Source: Myxococcota bacterium (GTDB lineage: Bacteria > Myxococcota_A > UBA9160 > SZUA-336). Taken from it: DNA of 64,000 bases. The stretch covers positions 1,987,867-2,051,866 of the forward strand of contig CBDFGR010000003.1 of assembly GCA_965247115.1 (NCBI GenBank), written 5' to 3'. Shown one piece after another: positions 38,106-47,521 of this stretch. The notes below the pieces were generated by a model, which worked only from the letters and a program-made list of their open reading frames with translations, did no database searches and had not been told where the DNA came from. Made by a program: the position numbers and the translations under genes. How positions within the stretch are numbered: position 1 is the first letter of the stretch; each line of letters starts with the position of its first letter.

Positions 38106-38963
38106 CTATCCCCCTGGTCCGAACTGCGCCGCCACGACCCTTTCGACTCCCGCGAGATCCTCGTGAATGTCCACTCTTGAGGCTCCGCGTTCCCACAGCA
38201 GCCTCTCGACGCTGCGCGCCTGATCGGCGCCGACCTCGAGTGCGAGCCAGCCGGGACGTGCGAGGCGCTCGGGGGCCTCCTGGATCAATTGTCGCACGAG
38301 CGACAGCCCGTCGGGTCCGCCATCGAGCGCCGTTCTGGGCTCGCACTGCACCTCCGGAGCGAGCTCACCCAGCTCTCGAGTCGGGATATAGGGGGGGTTC
38401 GAGATGATCGCGTCGAACTCGCCAGCAAGCCCCGTCAGGTCGGTGGCGTGCCGCAGCTCCACGCGGGAGGACAGGCCGTGGAGCTCGAGGTTCTCGCCGG
38501 CTAACGCCAGCGCCTCCGGAGAGCTGTCGAGCGCGACGATCTGAACGTCGGGACGCTCGGTCGCGATGGCTGTAGCGACGCAGCCCGAGCCGGTCCCGAC
38601 CTCGACCAATCGCTTCGCAGCGAGATCCAGTGCGACACGCACGAGTGTCTCCGTCTCCGGCCTCGGAATCAGCACTGCTGGCGTGACCCGGAAGGACAGC
38701 GACCAGAACTCTCGAGTACCCGTCAGGTAGGCGACCGGCACCCGCTCGCCGGCGCGGCGCTTCACGAGCTCGCGATAGCGAGCGCGCGGCCCGGCCGGCA
38801 CGGGGCGGTCGAAGCCCAGGTAGAGATCGAGGCGGGTCCGTTCCAGCACGTGCGCCAGCAGCAGCTCGGCGTCGAGGCGTGGGGAGGGCAGGGCGTGCGT
38901 GCGAAAGTAGTCCGCCGTCCAGCGCACGAGCTCGAGCGGCGTCCAGCACTCCTCGCTTGCCAC
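38106..38963 (-). CDS. prmC: Release factor glutamine N5-methyltransferase (PrmC/HemK)
   Basis: SAM-binding motifs and the catalytic NPPY (ISNPPYIP). GTG start at 38963 shares 1 nt with the prfA TAG stop (…GTAGTG…). Confidence 0.8.
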   Translation of the reverse strand: MASEECWTPLELVRWTADYFRTHALPSPRLDAELLLAHVLERTRLDLYLGFDRPVPAGPRARYRELVKRRAGERVPVAYLTGTREFWSLSFRVTPAVLIPRPETETLVRVALDLAAKRLVEVGTGSGCVATAIATERPDVQIVALDSSPEALALAGENLELHGLSSRVELRHATDLTGLAGEFDAIISNPPYIPTRELGELAPEVQCEPRTALDGGPDGLSLVRQLIQEAPERLARPGWLALEVGADQARSVERLLWERGASRVDIHEDLAGVERVVAAQFGPGG

Positions 38964-40012
38964 TACGCTTCCGCCTCGAGTCGCAGACCGACCTGCTCGA
39001 GAAGCTCCTCCAGGTCCCCTTCGATCACCGTGTCGAGCTTGTGCATGGTCAAGCTGGCGCGATGATCGGTGATGCGATTCTGGGGAAAGTTGTAGGTCCG
39101 GATACGCTCGCTGCGTTCGCCCGTCCCGATCTGTCCGCGACGCTCCTGGGCGCGCTCGGCCGTGAGCCGTTGCTGTTCGAGATCGTACAGTCGCGAGCGC
39201 AGCACCTTCATCGCGCGAGCTTTGTTCTTGTGCTGGGACTTCTCGTCCTGACACGTGACCACGAGACCCGTCGGCAAGTGCGTGATCCGCACCGCCGAAT
39301 CCGTGGTGTTCACGCTCTGCCCGCCAGGACCGGAGCTGCGGAAGATGTCGATGCGCAGGTCGCCGTCGGCGATGCGGACGTCGACCTCGGCCGCCTCGGG
39401 TAGGACGGCCACGGTGACGGTCGACGTGTGGATGCGCCCCTGTGACTCCGTGACCGGCACGCGCTGGACTCGGTGGACGCCGCTCTCGCGCTTGAGGGTG
39501 CCGTAGGCTCCGCCTCCGGAGATCTCGGCGATGACCTCCTTCATGCCGCCGGCTTCGCTCTCCGAGACCGAGAGCAATTCCACCTTCCAGCCCCTGCCCT
39601 CGGCGTAGCGCGTGTACATGCGAAACAGCTCGCTGGCGAACAGGGTAGCCTCCGCTCCGCCCGTCCCGGCTCGGATCTCGAGGACGATGTTCCGGTGGTC
39701 GTCTGGATGCGTGGGTCTGAGCAGCTTCTTCAGCTCGGCCTCCAGGCTGGCGAGCTCGGCTTCCTGCTCGTCGAGCTCTTCCCTGGCCAGAGCGCTGATC
39801 TCCGGATCGGAGTCGTCGAGCAGAGCGCGACTGTCCTCGATCTGGGCCTGGACCGAGCAGTGCCGCCGGTAGGTCTCCACCCGGTCGCGCAGGCCGCTGA
39901 GCTCTTGATTCAGCTCCGCGAAGCGCTTCGGGTCGGAAGCCACCTCCGGCTGCCCGAGCTGCTCCTCGAGCTCCTCGTAGCGAGACAAAATCCCTTGCAT
40001 CTGTTCAAGCAT
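38963..40012 (-). CDS. prfA: Peptide chain release factor 1
   Basis: The PVT tripeptide (RF1-specific) and the GGQ motif ([16 protein letters not shown]) are present. Confidence 0.9.
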   Translation of the reverse strand: MLEQMQGILSRYEELEEQLGQPEVASDPKRFAELNQELSGLRDRVETYRRHCSVQAQIEDSRALLDDSDPEISALAREELDEQEAELASLEAELKKLLRPTHPDDHRNIVLEIRAGTGGAEATLFASELFRMYTRYAEGRGWKVELLSVSESEAGGMKEVIAEISGGGAYGTLKRESGVHRVQRVPVTESQGRIHTSTVTVAVLPEAAEVDVRIADGDLRIDIFRSSGPGGQSVNTTDSAVRITHLPTGLVVTCQDEKSQHKNKARAMKVLRSRLYDLEQQRLTAERAQERRGQIGTGERSERIRTYNFPQNRITDHRASLTMHKLDTVIEGDLEELLEQVGLRLEAEA

Positions 40013-40113
40013 ACGAGGCGACCCCGGTCCGTCTGCGGGGCAGCGGAACTCCGCTGGCAGTGGCTAGGCAGGCGCGCTGGTTGTGCGACGGTAGGGGTAA
40101 AACCCCACGTCGC

Positions 40114-40317
40114 TCAGTCCTTCTTCGCGTAGCGGCGCCGAAAACGCTCCACCTTCCCTGCCGTATCCACGATCTTCTGCTTCCCGGTGAAGAAGGGATG
40201 GCAGCTCGAGCAGATCTCGATCCGGATTTCCTCCTGCGTGGAGCGTGTCGAGAACTCGTTCCCGCACGCACAACGAACCTTTGCGTCGCCATACGTAGGA
40301 TGAATATCCGGCTTCAT
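40114..40317 (-). CDS. rpmE: 50S ribosomal protein L31
   Basis: MKPDIHPTY…CxC…[10 protein letters not shown] matches the L31 zinc ribbon. The internal ATG (40317) was chosen because the upstream extension has no homology. Confidence 0.85.
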   Translation of the reverse strand: MKPDIHPTYGDAKVRCACGNEFSTRSTQEEIRIEICSSCHPFFTGKQKIVDTAGKVERFRRRYAKKD

Positions 40318-40425
40318 GGAGCCGCCGAGCGTAGCCCACGCCACCCCCACCAGCCAGCTCGGCGCACCGTAGATCGTCAGGCCAGATGGGAGGGAAAAGG
40401 GGCCAGGCAGGGAGTCGGAGCGCTT

Positions 40426-41676
40426 CTAGGAGTTCATCGAAGCGATGAACTCTTCGTTGTCCTGGGTGTTCCGCATCTTGTCGATCAGGAACTCCATCGA
40501 ATCCACCGTATTCAGGGGGTTCAGGACCTTCCGCAGCACCCAGATCTTGCTGACTGTCGCCTCGTCCATCAGGAGCTCCTCGCGCCGGGTCGAGCTCAGG
40601 TTGAGGTTGATCGCGGGGTAGGTGCGCCGATCCGCGAGCTTGCGATCCAGGTGGATCTCGCTGTTCCCCGTGCCCTTGAACTCCTCGAAGATGACCTCGT
40701 CCATACGCGATCCGGTGTCTACCAGCGCAGTGCCAACGATGGTCAAGCTACCACCCTCCTCTACGTTGCGCGCGGCGCCGAAGAAGCGCTTTGGCTTGTG
40801 GAGGGCGATGGCGTCGACGCCACCGGAGAGGATCTTTCCAGAGTGTGGCACGACCGTGTTGTGGGCGCGGGCCAGGCGCGTGATCGAGTCGAGCAGGATC
40901 ACAACGTCGCGCTTGTGCTCTACAAGGCGCCGGGCCTTCTCGATCACCATCTCGGCCACCTGGACGTGCCGGGTCGCCGGCTCGTCAAAGGTTGACGAGA
41001 CCACCTCCGCATTCGTGTTCCGCTGGAAGTCCGTCACCTCCTCCGGGCGCTCATCGATGAGCAGCACGATCACACACGCCTCGGGGTGGTTCTTGCAGAT
41101 CGCGTTCGCAAGGTCTTGCAGGAGCATGGTCTTGCCGGCCTTTGGTGGCGAGACAATGAGCGCGCGCTGTCCCTTACCAATGGGGGCGAGCAGATCGACG
41201 ATGCGCGTGGTGAGCTGACCGGGCGCTACCTCGAGATCGAAGCGCTCCAGCGGATAGAGCGGAGTCAGCGAGTCGAACTTGATGCAGCGACTCGCGACCT
41301 CGGGGGCTTCGAAGTTGACGCTGTTGACCTTGAGGAGCGCGAAGTATTTCTCCCCTTCCTTCGGCGGTCGGATCTGTCCATCCACGGTGACACCCGTCCG
41401 CAGGTTAAAGCGTCGGATCTGGGAGGGTGAGACGTAGATGTCGTCCGGACCCGGCAGGTAGTTGGCCTGGGCCGAGCGCAGGAACCCGTAGCCGTCCGGC
41501 ATGCGCTCCAGCACGCCGTCGCCGAAGATCTCACCGTTTCTCTTGGTCTCGGACTCGAGGATCGCGAAGAGCAGCTCTTGCTTGCCCCTGCCTCCGATCC
41601 CCTCGACACCGCTTGCTGTGGCGATCTCCGCGAGCTCGGTGACACTTTGTCGTTTCAGTTCCGAGAGGTTCATCAA
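40426..41676 (-). CDS. rho: Transcription termination factor Rho
   Basis: N-terminal …[18 protein letters not shown]…, an RNA-binding OB domain and a RecA-like ATPase with Walker A (GKTMLLQ). Confidence 0.9.
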   Translation of the reverse strand: MMNLSELKRQSVTELAEIATASGVEGIGGRGKQELLFAILESETKRNGEIFGDGVLERMPDGYGFLRSAQANYLPGPDDIYVSPSQIRRFNLRTGVTVDGQIRPPKEGEKYFALLKVNSVNFEAPEVASRCIKFDSLTPLYPLERFDLEVAPGQLTTRIVDLLAPIGKGQRALIVSPPKAGKTMLLQDLANAICKNHPEACVIVLLIDERPEEVTDFQRNTNAEVVSSTFDEPATRHVQVAEMVIEKARRLVEHKRDVVILLDSITRLARAHNTVVPHSGKILSGGVDAIALHKPKRFFGAARNVEEGGSLTIVGTALVDTGSRMDEVIFEEFKGTGNSEIHLDRKLADRRTYPAINLNLSSTRREELLMDEATVSKIWVLRKVLNPLNTVDSMEFLIDKMRNTQDNEEFIASMNS

Positions 41677-41699
41677 AGTTCCTTAGGCTCGAGAAAGAA

Positions 41700-41730
41700 G
41701 ATGCCGGAGAGAGGGTCTCCGGAGCGCGAA
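41700..41730 (-). promoter_or_regulatory. Stem-loop in the rho 5' leader (CCGGAGA-N5-TCTCCGG) followed by a pyrimidine-rich tract
   Basis: Perfect 7-bp inverted repeat between the pgeF stop and the rho RBS (AAGGAA). Possible terminator or attenuator. Confidence 0.35.
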
Positions 41731-41815
41731 AGAGCGCTGCCCGTCAAGATCAGGCGACCCACGGATCGGGATTCTCGCCACAGAAGTTGAGGAGTCGTGC
41801 CTCGCGTGTGCTCTA

Positions 41816-42460
41816 TCAAGACTGCGGCACGCGCACCCAGTGCAGCATCCGACCGGCCCGGCCGTCGCGCCGGTAGCTGTAGTAGAGCGGCTCCGCACAG
41901 GCCGTGCAGCCTCCCACCCGCTCGATCCGATCGTCTCGGACACCGGCGCGCACGAGCTGCAACCGATTCAGCGCAAAGAGATCCAGCATGTAGTGACCGC
42001 TGCGTTTGGATGGGGAAAAGACGGAGGCTTCGTCAATCCGCTCCCGGACCGGCTGATCAATCTCGTAGCAACACGGTCCGATGTGCGGACCTACAGCAAC
42101 AACGAGCTCGGATGGCTCGAGCCCGGACGCCCGGGCGAGCTCTTTGACCGTGCGCTCCGCTATGCCCGCTGCACTCCCCCGCCAGCCAGCGTGGACCGCC
42201 ACCGCCACCGGAGCGTCCGTCGAGACCAGCAGCAGGGGAACACAGTCTGCAGTCACGACCCCGACCGCCACACCCGGCTCATTGCTCCAGAGCGCGTCTG
42301 CTTCTGTCTCGGAACCGGGCGCCTGCACGAGCGCCGTACCGTGTACTTGCTTGCGCGTGATGAGCCCGGGGACAGAAGCAGCACCGGAGCGACGCGTTCC
42401 AAAGCCGTGGTCCACGCCGAGGTCCCGAAGCCGACTCGAGCTCTGGAAGGTCGGGATCAC
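41816..42460 (-). CDS. pgeF: Peptidoglycan editing factor / purine nucleoside phosphorylase YfiH (DUF152, laccase-domain)
   Basis: YfiH/PgeF-family motifs (…TADCVPLLL…HAGWRG…) in the same yfiH-rluD neighbourhood as in E. coli. Confidence 0.75.
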   Translation of the reverse strand: MIPTFQSSSRLRDLGVDHGFGTRRSGAASVPGLITRKQVHGTALVQAPGSETEADALWSNEPGVAVGVVTADCVPLLLVSTDAPVAVAVHAGWRGSAAGIAERTVKELARASGLEPSELVVAVGPHIGPCCYEIDQPVRERIDEASVFSPSKRSGHYMLDLFALNRLQLVRAGVRDDRIERVGGCTACAEPLYYSYRRDGRAGRMLHWVRVPQS

Positions 42461-43377
42461 GATCGCTCCTGGCTCTCGATCACGCGGGCCAGGTCTTCCG
42501 GCAGGCGGGAGGCGAAGCGCAAACGCTCGCCCGTGCGGGGGTGCTCGAAGCCCAGCTGGACGGCGTGGAGCGCCTGGCGTCCAAGTCCCGCCTCCCGCGC
42601 TTCCTTCTTTCCTCCCCCGTAGACGGGATCACCCAGCACGGGGAGACCGATCGAGGCCAGGTGTACGCGGATCTGGTGCGTACGTCCCGTCTCCAGGCGC
42701 AGGCGGAGCAGGGTGAGGTCGCCCAGGCGCCGCTCCACGGCCCAGTGGGTCACGGCCGTCCGCCCCGTGCGGGCCCGCGTGCTGAAGCGCTTGCGATCGC
42801 TGGGATGCCGCCCGATCGCAGCGTCGACGGAGCCGCGCTGCGGACCGGGCTGTCCGCGCACGAGCGCCAGGTACTCGCGCTCGGTCGAGTGCTCTTTGAA
42901 CTGCCGAGCCAGCCCGTTGTGCGCCAGATCGTTCTTGGCGGCGACCAGCAAGCCCGACGTGCCCTTGTCCAGGCGGTGGACGATCCCCGGCCGCCGCACG
43001 CCACCCACGCCGGAGAGCCCTCTGCAGTGGTACAAGAGGGCGTTCACGAGCGTTCCACTGGGTACGCCCGCTGCAGGATGCACGACAAGACCAGCGGGTT
43101 TGTCGACCACGATCAAGTCGTCGTCCTCGAAGACGATCTCGAGCGGGATGGGCTCGGGGGTCAGCTCCGCTTCCACGGGCTCGGGCACGCGACCCTCGAT
43201 CCGCTCTCCTCGTCGGAGCCGGTGCGCAGGCTTGACCTGCTCGTTCGAGACGCGAACGTGACCACTCTCGATCAGGCGGCGAACCTGGGCGCGAGAGAGC
43301 TCGGATTCCAGCGCCGCGAGCACGGTGTCGAGGCGCTTGCCCTCCAGGTCCGCGGTCACTTCGTGTCGGAAGCTCAC
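42457..43377 (-). CDS. rluD: 23S rRNA pseudouridine synthase (RluA family)
   Basis: S4 domain plus the catalytic core HRLDKGTSGLLVAAK. Its stop overlaps the pgeF start by 4 nt. Confidence 0.85.
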   Translation of the reverse strand: MSFRHEVTADLEGKRLDTVLAALESELSRAQVRRLIESGHVRVSNEQVKPAHRLRRGERIEGRVPEPVEAELTPEPIPLEIVFEDDDLIVVDKPAGLVVHPAAGVPSGTLVNALLYHCRGLSGVGGVRRPGIVHRLDKGTSGLLVAAKNDLAHNGLARQFKEHSTEREYLALVRGQPGPQRGSVDAAIGRHPSDRKRFSTRARTGRTAVTHWAVERRLGDLTLLRLRLETGRTHQIRVHLASIGLPVLGDPVYGGGKKEAREAGLGRQALHAVQLGFEHPRTGERLRFASRLPEDLARVIESQERS

Positions 43378-43640
43378 CAGATATGAGTAGCGACCTGTCG
43401 GTTCCGATAGATCAGCACGTCCACCAGGGCGTGTAGGAAGATACGTTCCCGATCGGGAAGGGAAGGCGCCACCTGGTGAGTGTAGAACACCCTCGCCTGC
43501 TCGATCTCGACGGCGACGCGGTCCAGCAAGTCGTCCTTCTCGAGACCGATGCGGATCTCATCCCCCGCGTACGCCACCAGGTCCGAGAAGAGCGCGCGGG
43601 CCAGGAGGTTCGCGCGCCGCGCTTCGACGATCGCAGCCAT
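43374..43640 (-). CDS. Small hypothetical protein
   Basis: 88-aa ORF translationally coupled to both neighbours (1-4 nt overlaps). Confidence 0.4.
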   Translation of the reverse strand: MAAIVEARRANLLARALFSDLVAYAGDEIRIGLEKDDLLDRVAVEIEQARVFYTHQVAPSLPDRERIFLHALVDVLIYRNRQVATHIW

Positions 43641-44263
43641 CAGCCAGAGCCGCCTGAAGCGCCGCTGTACCCGTTCATGTAGCTATCAGCCACCTCGATG
43701 GGATCGAGGCCAAGGCACTTTGCGACCTCCTTGACGAAGCCCCGCACGTACACGTCGCTCGGCAGATCGTCGTAGCGGTTCGCCTCTACATTCTTGAGAT
43801 AGTACGGGTTCACCTTGGTGATGGTGGCGATCTCCTCGAGCTCTATCCCCAGCTCGAGCCGGATGCGCCGCAACACTGCACCATCGTAGACGCCGTCCTC
43901 TGGCTCCAGGGCCTCATCGACCTCGAGCGCCTCCGAGCGCAGCGGCTCGCCTCTCCAGATGGTTTCCGGCTCCGCGACGCTCTCGGGCGGCTGCGCTTCG
44001 GGCTGGGGACGCTGCTGCTCCTCGCGCCTGAGTTTGGCATCGTACTCGCGACGCATCCGCGTGTCGGAGAGCACCCCGTACGCCTCCTCCACACGACGGA
44101 GAATCGCGGCGGACTCCTGCTCCGAGAATACGGAGTACGTGGCGATCGAGGTCGGCTCGTAGGTGGCGCGGGCGATCCGGTAGGCCCGTTCGAGCTGGCG
44201 CTCGGTGCCGTCCTGCGACACCTCCAGTAGCTCGTAGTGGTTCTGCTCGAGGAGGGGTCTCAC
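43640..44263 (-). CDS. J-domain-like / XRE-HTH (RodZ-type) protein
   Basis: N-terminal DnaJ-like helical domain (YELLEV…) lacking the HPD tripeptide. C-terminal HTH resembles the RodZ N-terminal domain (…TKVNPYYLKNVEANRYDDLPSDVYVRGFVKEVAKCLGLD). Confidence 0.5.
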   Translation of the reverse strand: MRPLLEQNHYELLEVSQDGTERQLERAYRIARATYEPTSIATYSVFSEQESAAILRRVEEAYGVLSDTRMRREYDAKLRREEQQRPQPEAQPPESVAEPETIWRGEPLRSEALEVDEALEPEDGVYDGAVLRRIRLELGIELEEIATITKVNPYYLKNVEANRYDDLPSDVYVRGFVKEVAKCLGLDPIEVADSYMNGYSGASGGSG

Positions 44264-44266
44264 GGC

Positions 44267-45247
44267 TCAGCCTCCAAGCAGCTTCTTGACGATTCGTCGC
44301 AGGTACAGAGCCGCGTCGGAGCGCGGATGGCCCAGCACCAACGGGCGCCGGTCCTTGACGGAGCGCCAGACGTGGTCGTCGTAGTTGATATAGCCTACGT
44401 AGTCTGCCTCCACGCCAAAGTACTTCCGGCACACGCTGCACACCGAGAAGCCCATCTTGACCTCTTCGGGGCTGCGGACCTGGTTCATAATGAGCTTCGG
44501 CCGGAAATCCTCAAGCAGCTTGCGAAAGCGCTCGCCCTCCTCCACGTCGAGTGCCTCGATCTCACGCAGCAAGTCTACGGGCGTCTTGATCCCGCGGTCG
44601 TTGCGCTGGTCCATGGCAACGCGCACGACCTCGCGCACCGGCGACGTCTGCATGCCGTAGGCCAGGTTGCGGAAGAAGGCTGCGCGCAGAAAAGCGTAGG
44701 CGTTCTCGATCGCAGTCGGCTCCGGAGTCGTCACGAGGAAGCCGTCGTCGGCTTCAATAAAAAAGTCGACGGTGGAGCGATCGCATCCGGCCGCGAGATC
44801 GAATACGACCAGATCGGCCGGCAGCTTGCGCACCGCTTCGATCAGGCGTGCGCGTTGCTGCCTGGTGGTCTCCGCCTTGCCCGTGTGGCCGAGGGTTCCG
44901 AGGATCAGCCGCAGGCCCGGGATCGGCGTCTCGAGGGCAGCCTTGTCGAGATCCGCAATGCGGTCTTCGAAGTAGTCCGACAGGTTTACGCGCTGGCCAC
45001 CGCGCACGCCGAGGCACGTGTGAAGATTGGCTCCGCCCAGATCCGCGTCGATCAGGATGACCCGACGACCGGTCCGCGCGACCACGGTCGACAGGTTCGC
45101 GCTGATGAACGTCTTGCCGATGCCGCCCTTGCCCCCGCCGATCGCCCAAACGCGAGCGGATGCGTCACGAGGAGACCCATGGCGCTCGCCGCGATCGGGC
45201 TCCTGCCGCCTAGCTCTTAGCCAGCTCGGTGTTCCGGTAAGACGCAT
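44267..45247 (-). CDS. MinD/ParA-superfamily P-loop ATPase
   Basis: Deviant Walker A (IGGGKGGIGKT). The first roughly 30 codons may not be translated, because 38 nt overlap the upstream HNH gene. Confidence 0.65.
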   Translation of the reverse strand: MRLTGTPSWLRARRQEPDRGERHGSPRDASARVWAIGGGKGGIGKTFISANLSTVVARTGRRVILIDADLGGANLHTCLGVRGGQRVNLSDYFEDRIADLDKAALETPIPGLRLILGTLGHTGKAETTRQQRARLIEAVRKLPADLVVFDLAAGCDRSTVDFFIEADDGFLVTTPEPTAIENAYAFLRAAFFRNLAYGMQTSPVREVVRVAMDQRNDRGIKTPVDLLREIEALDVEEGERFRKLLEDFRPKLIMNQVRSPEEVKMGFSVCSVCRKYFGVEADYVGYINYDDHVWRSVKDRRPLVLGHPRSDAALYLRRIVKKLLGG

Positions 45248-45809
45248 CGACTATCGAAAGAAAGGGTTTCCATTCGGGGTAGTCGCGGCGTCCGGTCAGC
45301 GTGGCGGCAATCGGTGTCCAACGCGGTTTGACCGGGGTCCGGATCAGACGCATGGCGGCCTGCTTGGGCGTGCGCCCGCCCTTGCGCCGGTTGCACTCGA
45401 CGCAGCTGCACACGACGTTTTCCCACGTGCTCCTACCCCCCTGAGCTCGCGGCACGACGTGGTCGAGGTTCAGCTGCGACCGTACGTAGCGCCCAGCACA
45501 ATACTGGCACGTATTGCGGTCTCGTGCGTAGATATTCGTACGGCTGAAGCGCACATGTCTGCGCGGGACGCGATCGAAGGCGGCCAGCAGGATCACCCGC
45601 GGCACGCGGATCGCTCCCCCCACGATTCCGATCGCGTCATACCCGTCACCAACTTCCAGCTCCCGCCAGGACAGGAAGTCAAACGCCTCGTAGCGCTCGT
45701 CGACGGCCTTCGCCATTCCTCTGTAGAGCAGCACGAAGGCCCGCTGAACCGAAGTAACGTGAATCGGCAAGTAAGACCGGTTCAGCACGAGTACGGGCGC
45801 GTCCAGCAT
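45210..45809 (-). CDS. HNH endonuclease (COG1403 family)
   Basis: HNH motif with a Cys zinc site (…CQYCAGR…LDHVVPRAQGG…WENVVCSCVECNRRKG…). Confidence 0.75.
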   Translation of the reverse strand: MLDAPVLVLNRSYLPIHVTSVQRAFVLLYRGMAKAVDERYEAFDFLSWRELEVGDGYDAIGIVGGAIRVPRVILLAAFDRVPRRHVRFSRTNIYARDRNTCQYCAGRYVRSQLNLDHVVPRAQGGRSTWENVVCSCVECNRRKGGRTPKQAAMRLIRTPVKPRWTPIAATLTGRRDYPEWKPFLSIVDASYRNTELAKS

Positions 45810-45840
45810 TGAAAAAGCTTAGCTGCAATGGCTCTGGCCA

Positions 45841-47220
45841 TCAAACGGCGTCAAGAGACTCGAATGCCTTCGCAACCTCTGCGACGTCGTCGTCACTGAG
45901 CGTCCGCGGATCGAGCAGGATGACGTCTCGCTGCACGCGCACCAGCACGGGCGGGTCGGCGCCGCGCAATCCGCGCGCGATCGCATCGGCCGAACCTGCC
46001 GGGGTGACCCGGACCACCACTCCGGGCAACTCCACGTCGGGGAGCGCGCCACCACCGACGGGCGCACTGCCGCGCTCGACGGCTACGGGACAGGCGGTCG
46101 ACTGCTCCAGGGCCCTGGCAAGCCGCTCTGCGCGCGCCTGCAGCTCGTCTCCGGTCGCAAGGAGCATGGCGACCACGGGGATCTCCCGCTCCCGACCGTC
46201 GAGGAGCGCGCTCAAGGTCCAGTGAAGCGCTGCGAGCGTCATCTTGTCGATGCGCAGCGCGCGGGCCAGCGGGCTGCTGCGCATGCGCTCGATCAGGTCA
46301 CGCCGACCCAGGGCGATGCCGGCCTGCGGCCCTCCCAGCAGCTTGTCACCGCTGAACAGGACGAGGTCCGCCCCCTCTCGCAAACCCGACCAGACCTCGG
46401 GTTCCGGCACGCCCGCGGAGCGCAAGTCGACGAAAGTCCCGCTGCCCCGGTCTTCTACCACGGGGATGCCGTGCTCCGCCCCCAACCTGGCGAGCTCCGC
46501 GATCGACACCTCCGCCGTGAATCCCTCGACCCGGAAGTTGCTCTTGTGGACCTTGAGCAGGAGCCCGGTCCGCTCGCCGATCGCCTGTGCGTAGTCGCGT
46601 GGGTGGGTGCGATTCGTAGTGCCGACCTCGCGCAGCTCGGCCCGGCTCGATGCCATGATCTCGGGCACGCGAAACGAGCCGCCGATCTCGACCATCTCTC
46701 CCCGGGAGAGCACGACCTCGCGGCCCGCAGCGAGTGCGTCTACAGCCAGCAGCAGCGCAGCCGCGGTGTTGTTGACCACCAGGGCCGCCTCGGCACCGGA
46801 CAACAGGCCCAGCAGCCGGCCCACCTGCTCCTGGCGCGAGCCGCGTGCGCCGGTGTCGAGGTCGAGCTCCAGATCGGAATACGCCGTGACGGAGCGTTCG
46901 AGCTCCGCCAGCGCCTGCCTTGCCAGGGGGGCCCGACCCAGATTCGTATGCAGGACGATGCCTGTGGCATTTAACACACGTCTCGGCGACGGGTGCACGA
47001 GCTGCTCCGCATAGTGTCGGGTCTGGCGGCACAGCGACTCCAGACCGAGATCGACGGAGAGGCCTTCTAGAGCCTTCGCACGCACCTCGGAGAGGGCGTT
47101 TCGGGCCCCCTCGAGGAGGCACCAACGAGGCAATTTCGTATCTAGTCCAGCTACTTCCACCAGCCTATCCACAGAGGGAAGGTGGCGGAGCTGCGCATTG
47201 ACCCCGCTGGGCACGTCCAC
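45841..47220 (-). CDS. selA: L-seryl-tRNA(Sec) selenium transferase
   Basis: PLP-lysine block FSGDKLLGGPQAGI and an N-terminal …LPSVDRL… typical of SelA. Length 459 aa. Confidence 0.85.
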   Translation of the reverse strand: MDVPSGVNAQLRHLPSVDRLVEVAGLDTKLPRWCLLEGARNALSEVRAKALEGLSVDLGLESLCRQTRHYAEQLVHPSPRRVLNATGIVLHTNLGRAPLARQALAELERSVTAYSDLELDLDTGARGSRQEQVGRLLGLLSGAEAALVVNNTAAALLLAVDALAAGREVVLSRGEMVEIGGSFRVPEIMASSRAELREVGTTNRTHPRDYAQAIGERTGLLLKVHKSNFRVEGFTAEVSIAELARLGAEHGIPVVEDRGSGTFVDLRSAGVPEPEVWSGLREGADLVLFSGDKLLGGPQAGIALGRRDLIERMRSSPLARALRIDKMTLAALHWTLSALLDGREREIPVVAMLLATGDELQARAERLARALEQSTACPVAVERGSAPVGGGALPDVELPGVVVRVTPAGSADAIARGLRGADPPVLVRVQRDVILLDPRTLSDDDVAEVAKAFESLDAV

Positions 47221-47521
47221 TAGTGTGTCGAGACCAAGATCCGTCTCACGGCGTGGGAAAATTCCATCTTATCGGAGCCTCCGCCAGCGGATCGGGAAAT
47301 TCCAAGCGTCAGGGCAACCGGCGGGCAGCAATGGCCGCGGCTACGCCCGCACTCACCTGATCCGGAGCTCATACAGCGTTCTGCTTCTATACAGCTAGCC
47401 GACACGCCCGACCTGGCAGCCGCCGCGCCAGCACCGCTCGATGCGGCATCCCTCGATGCCGTATCGCTCGATCTGCGCCGCGCCTGCGGGGACGTGGAGC
47501 CGGATTCCGAAAGGCTTCTCA

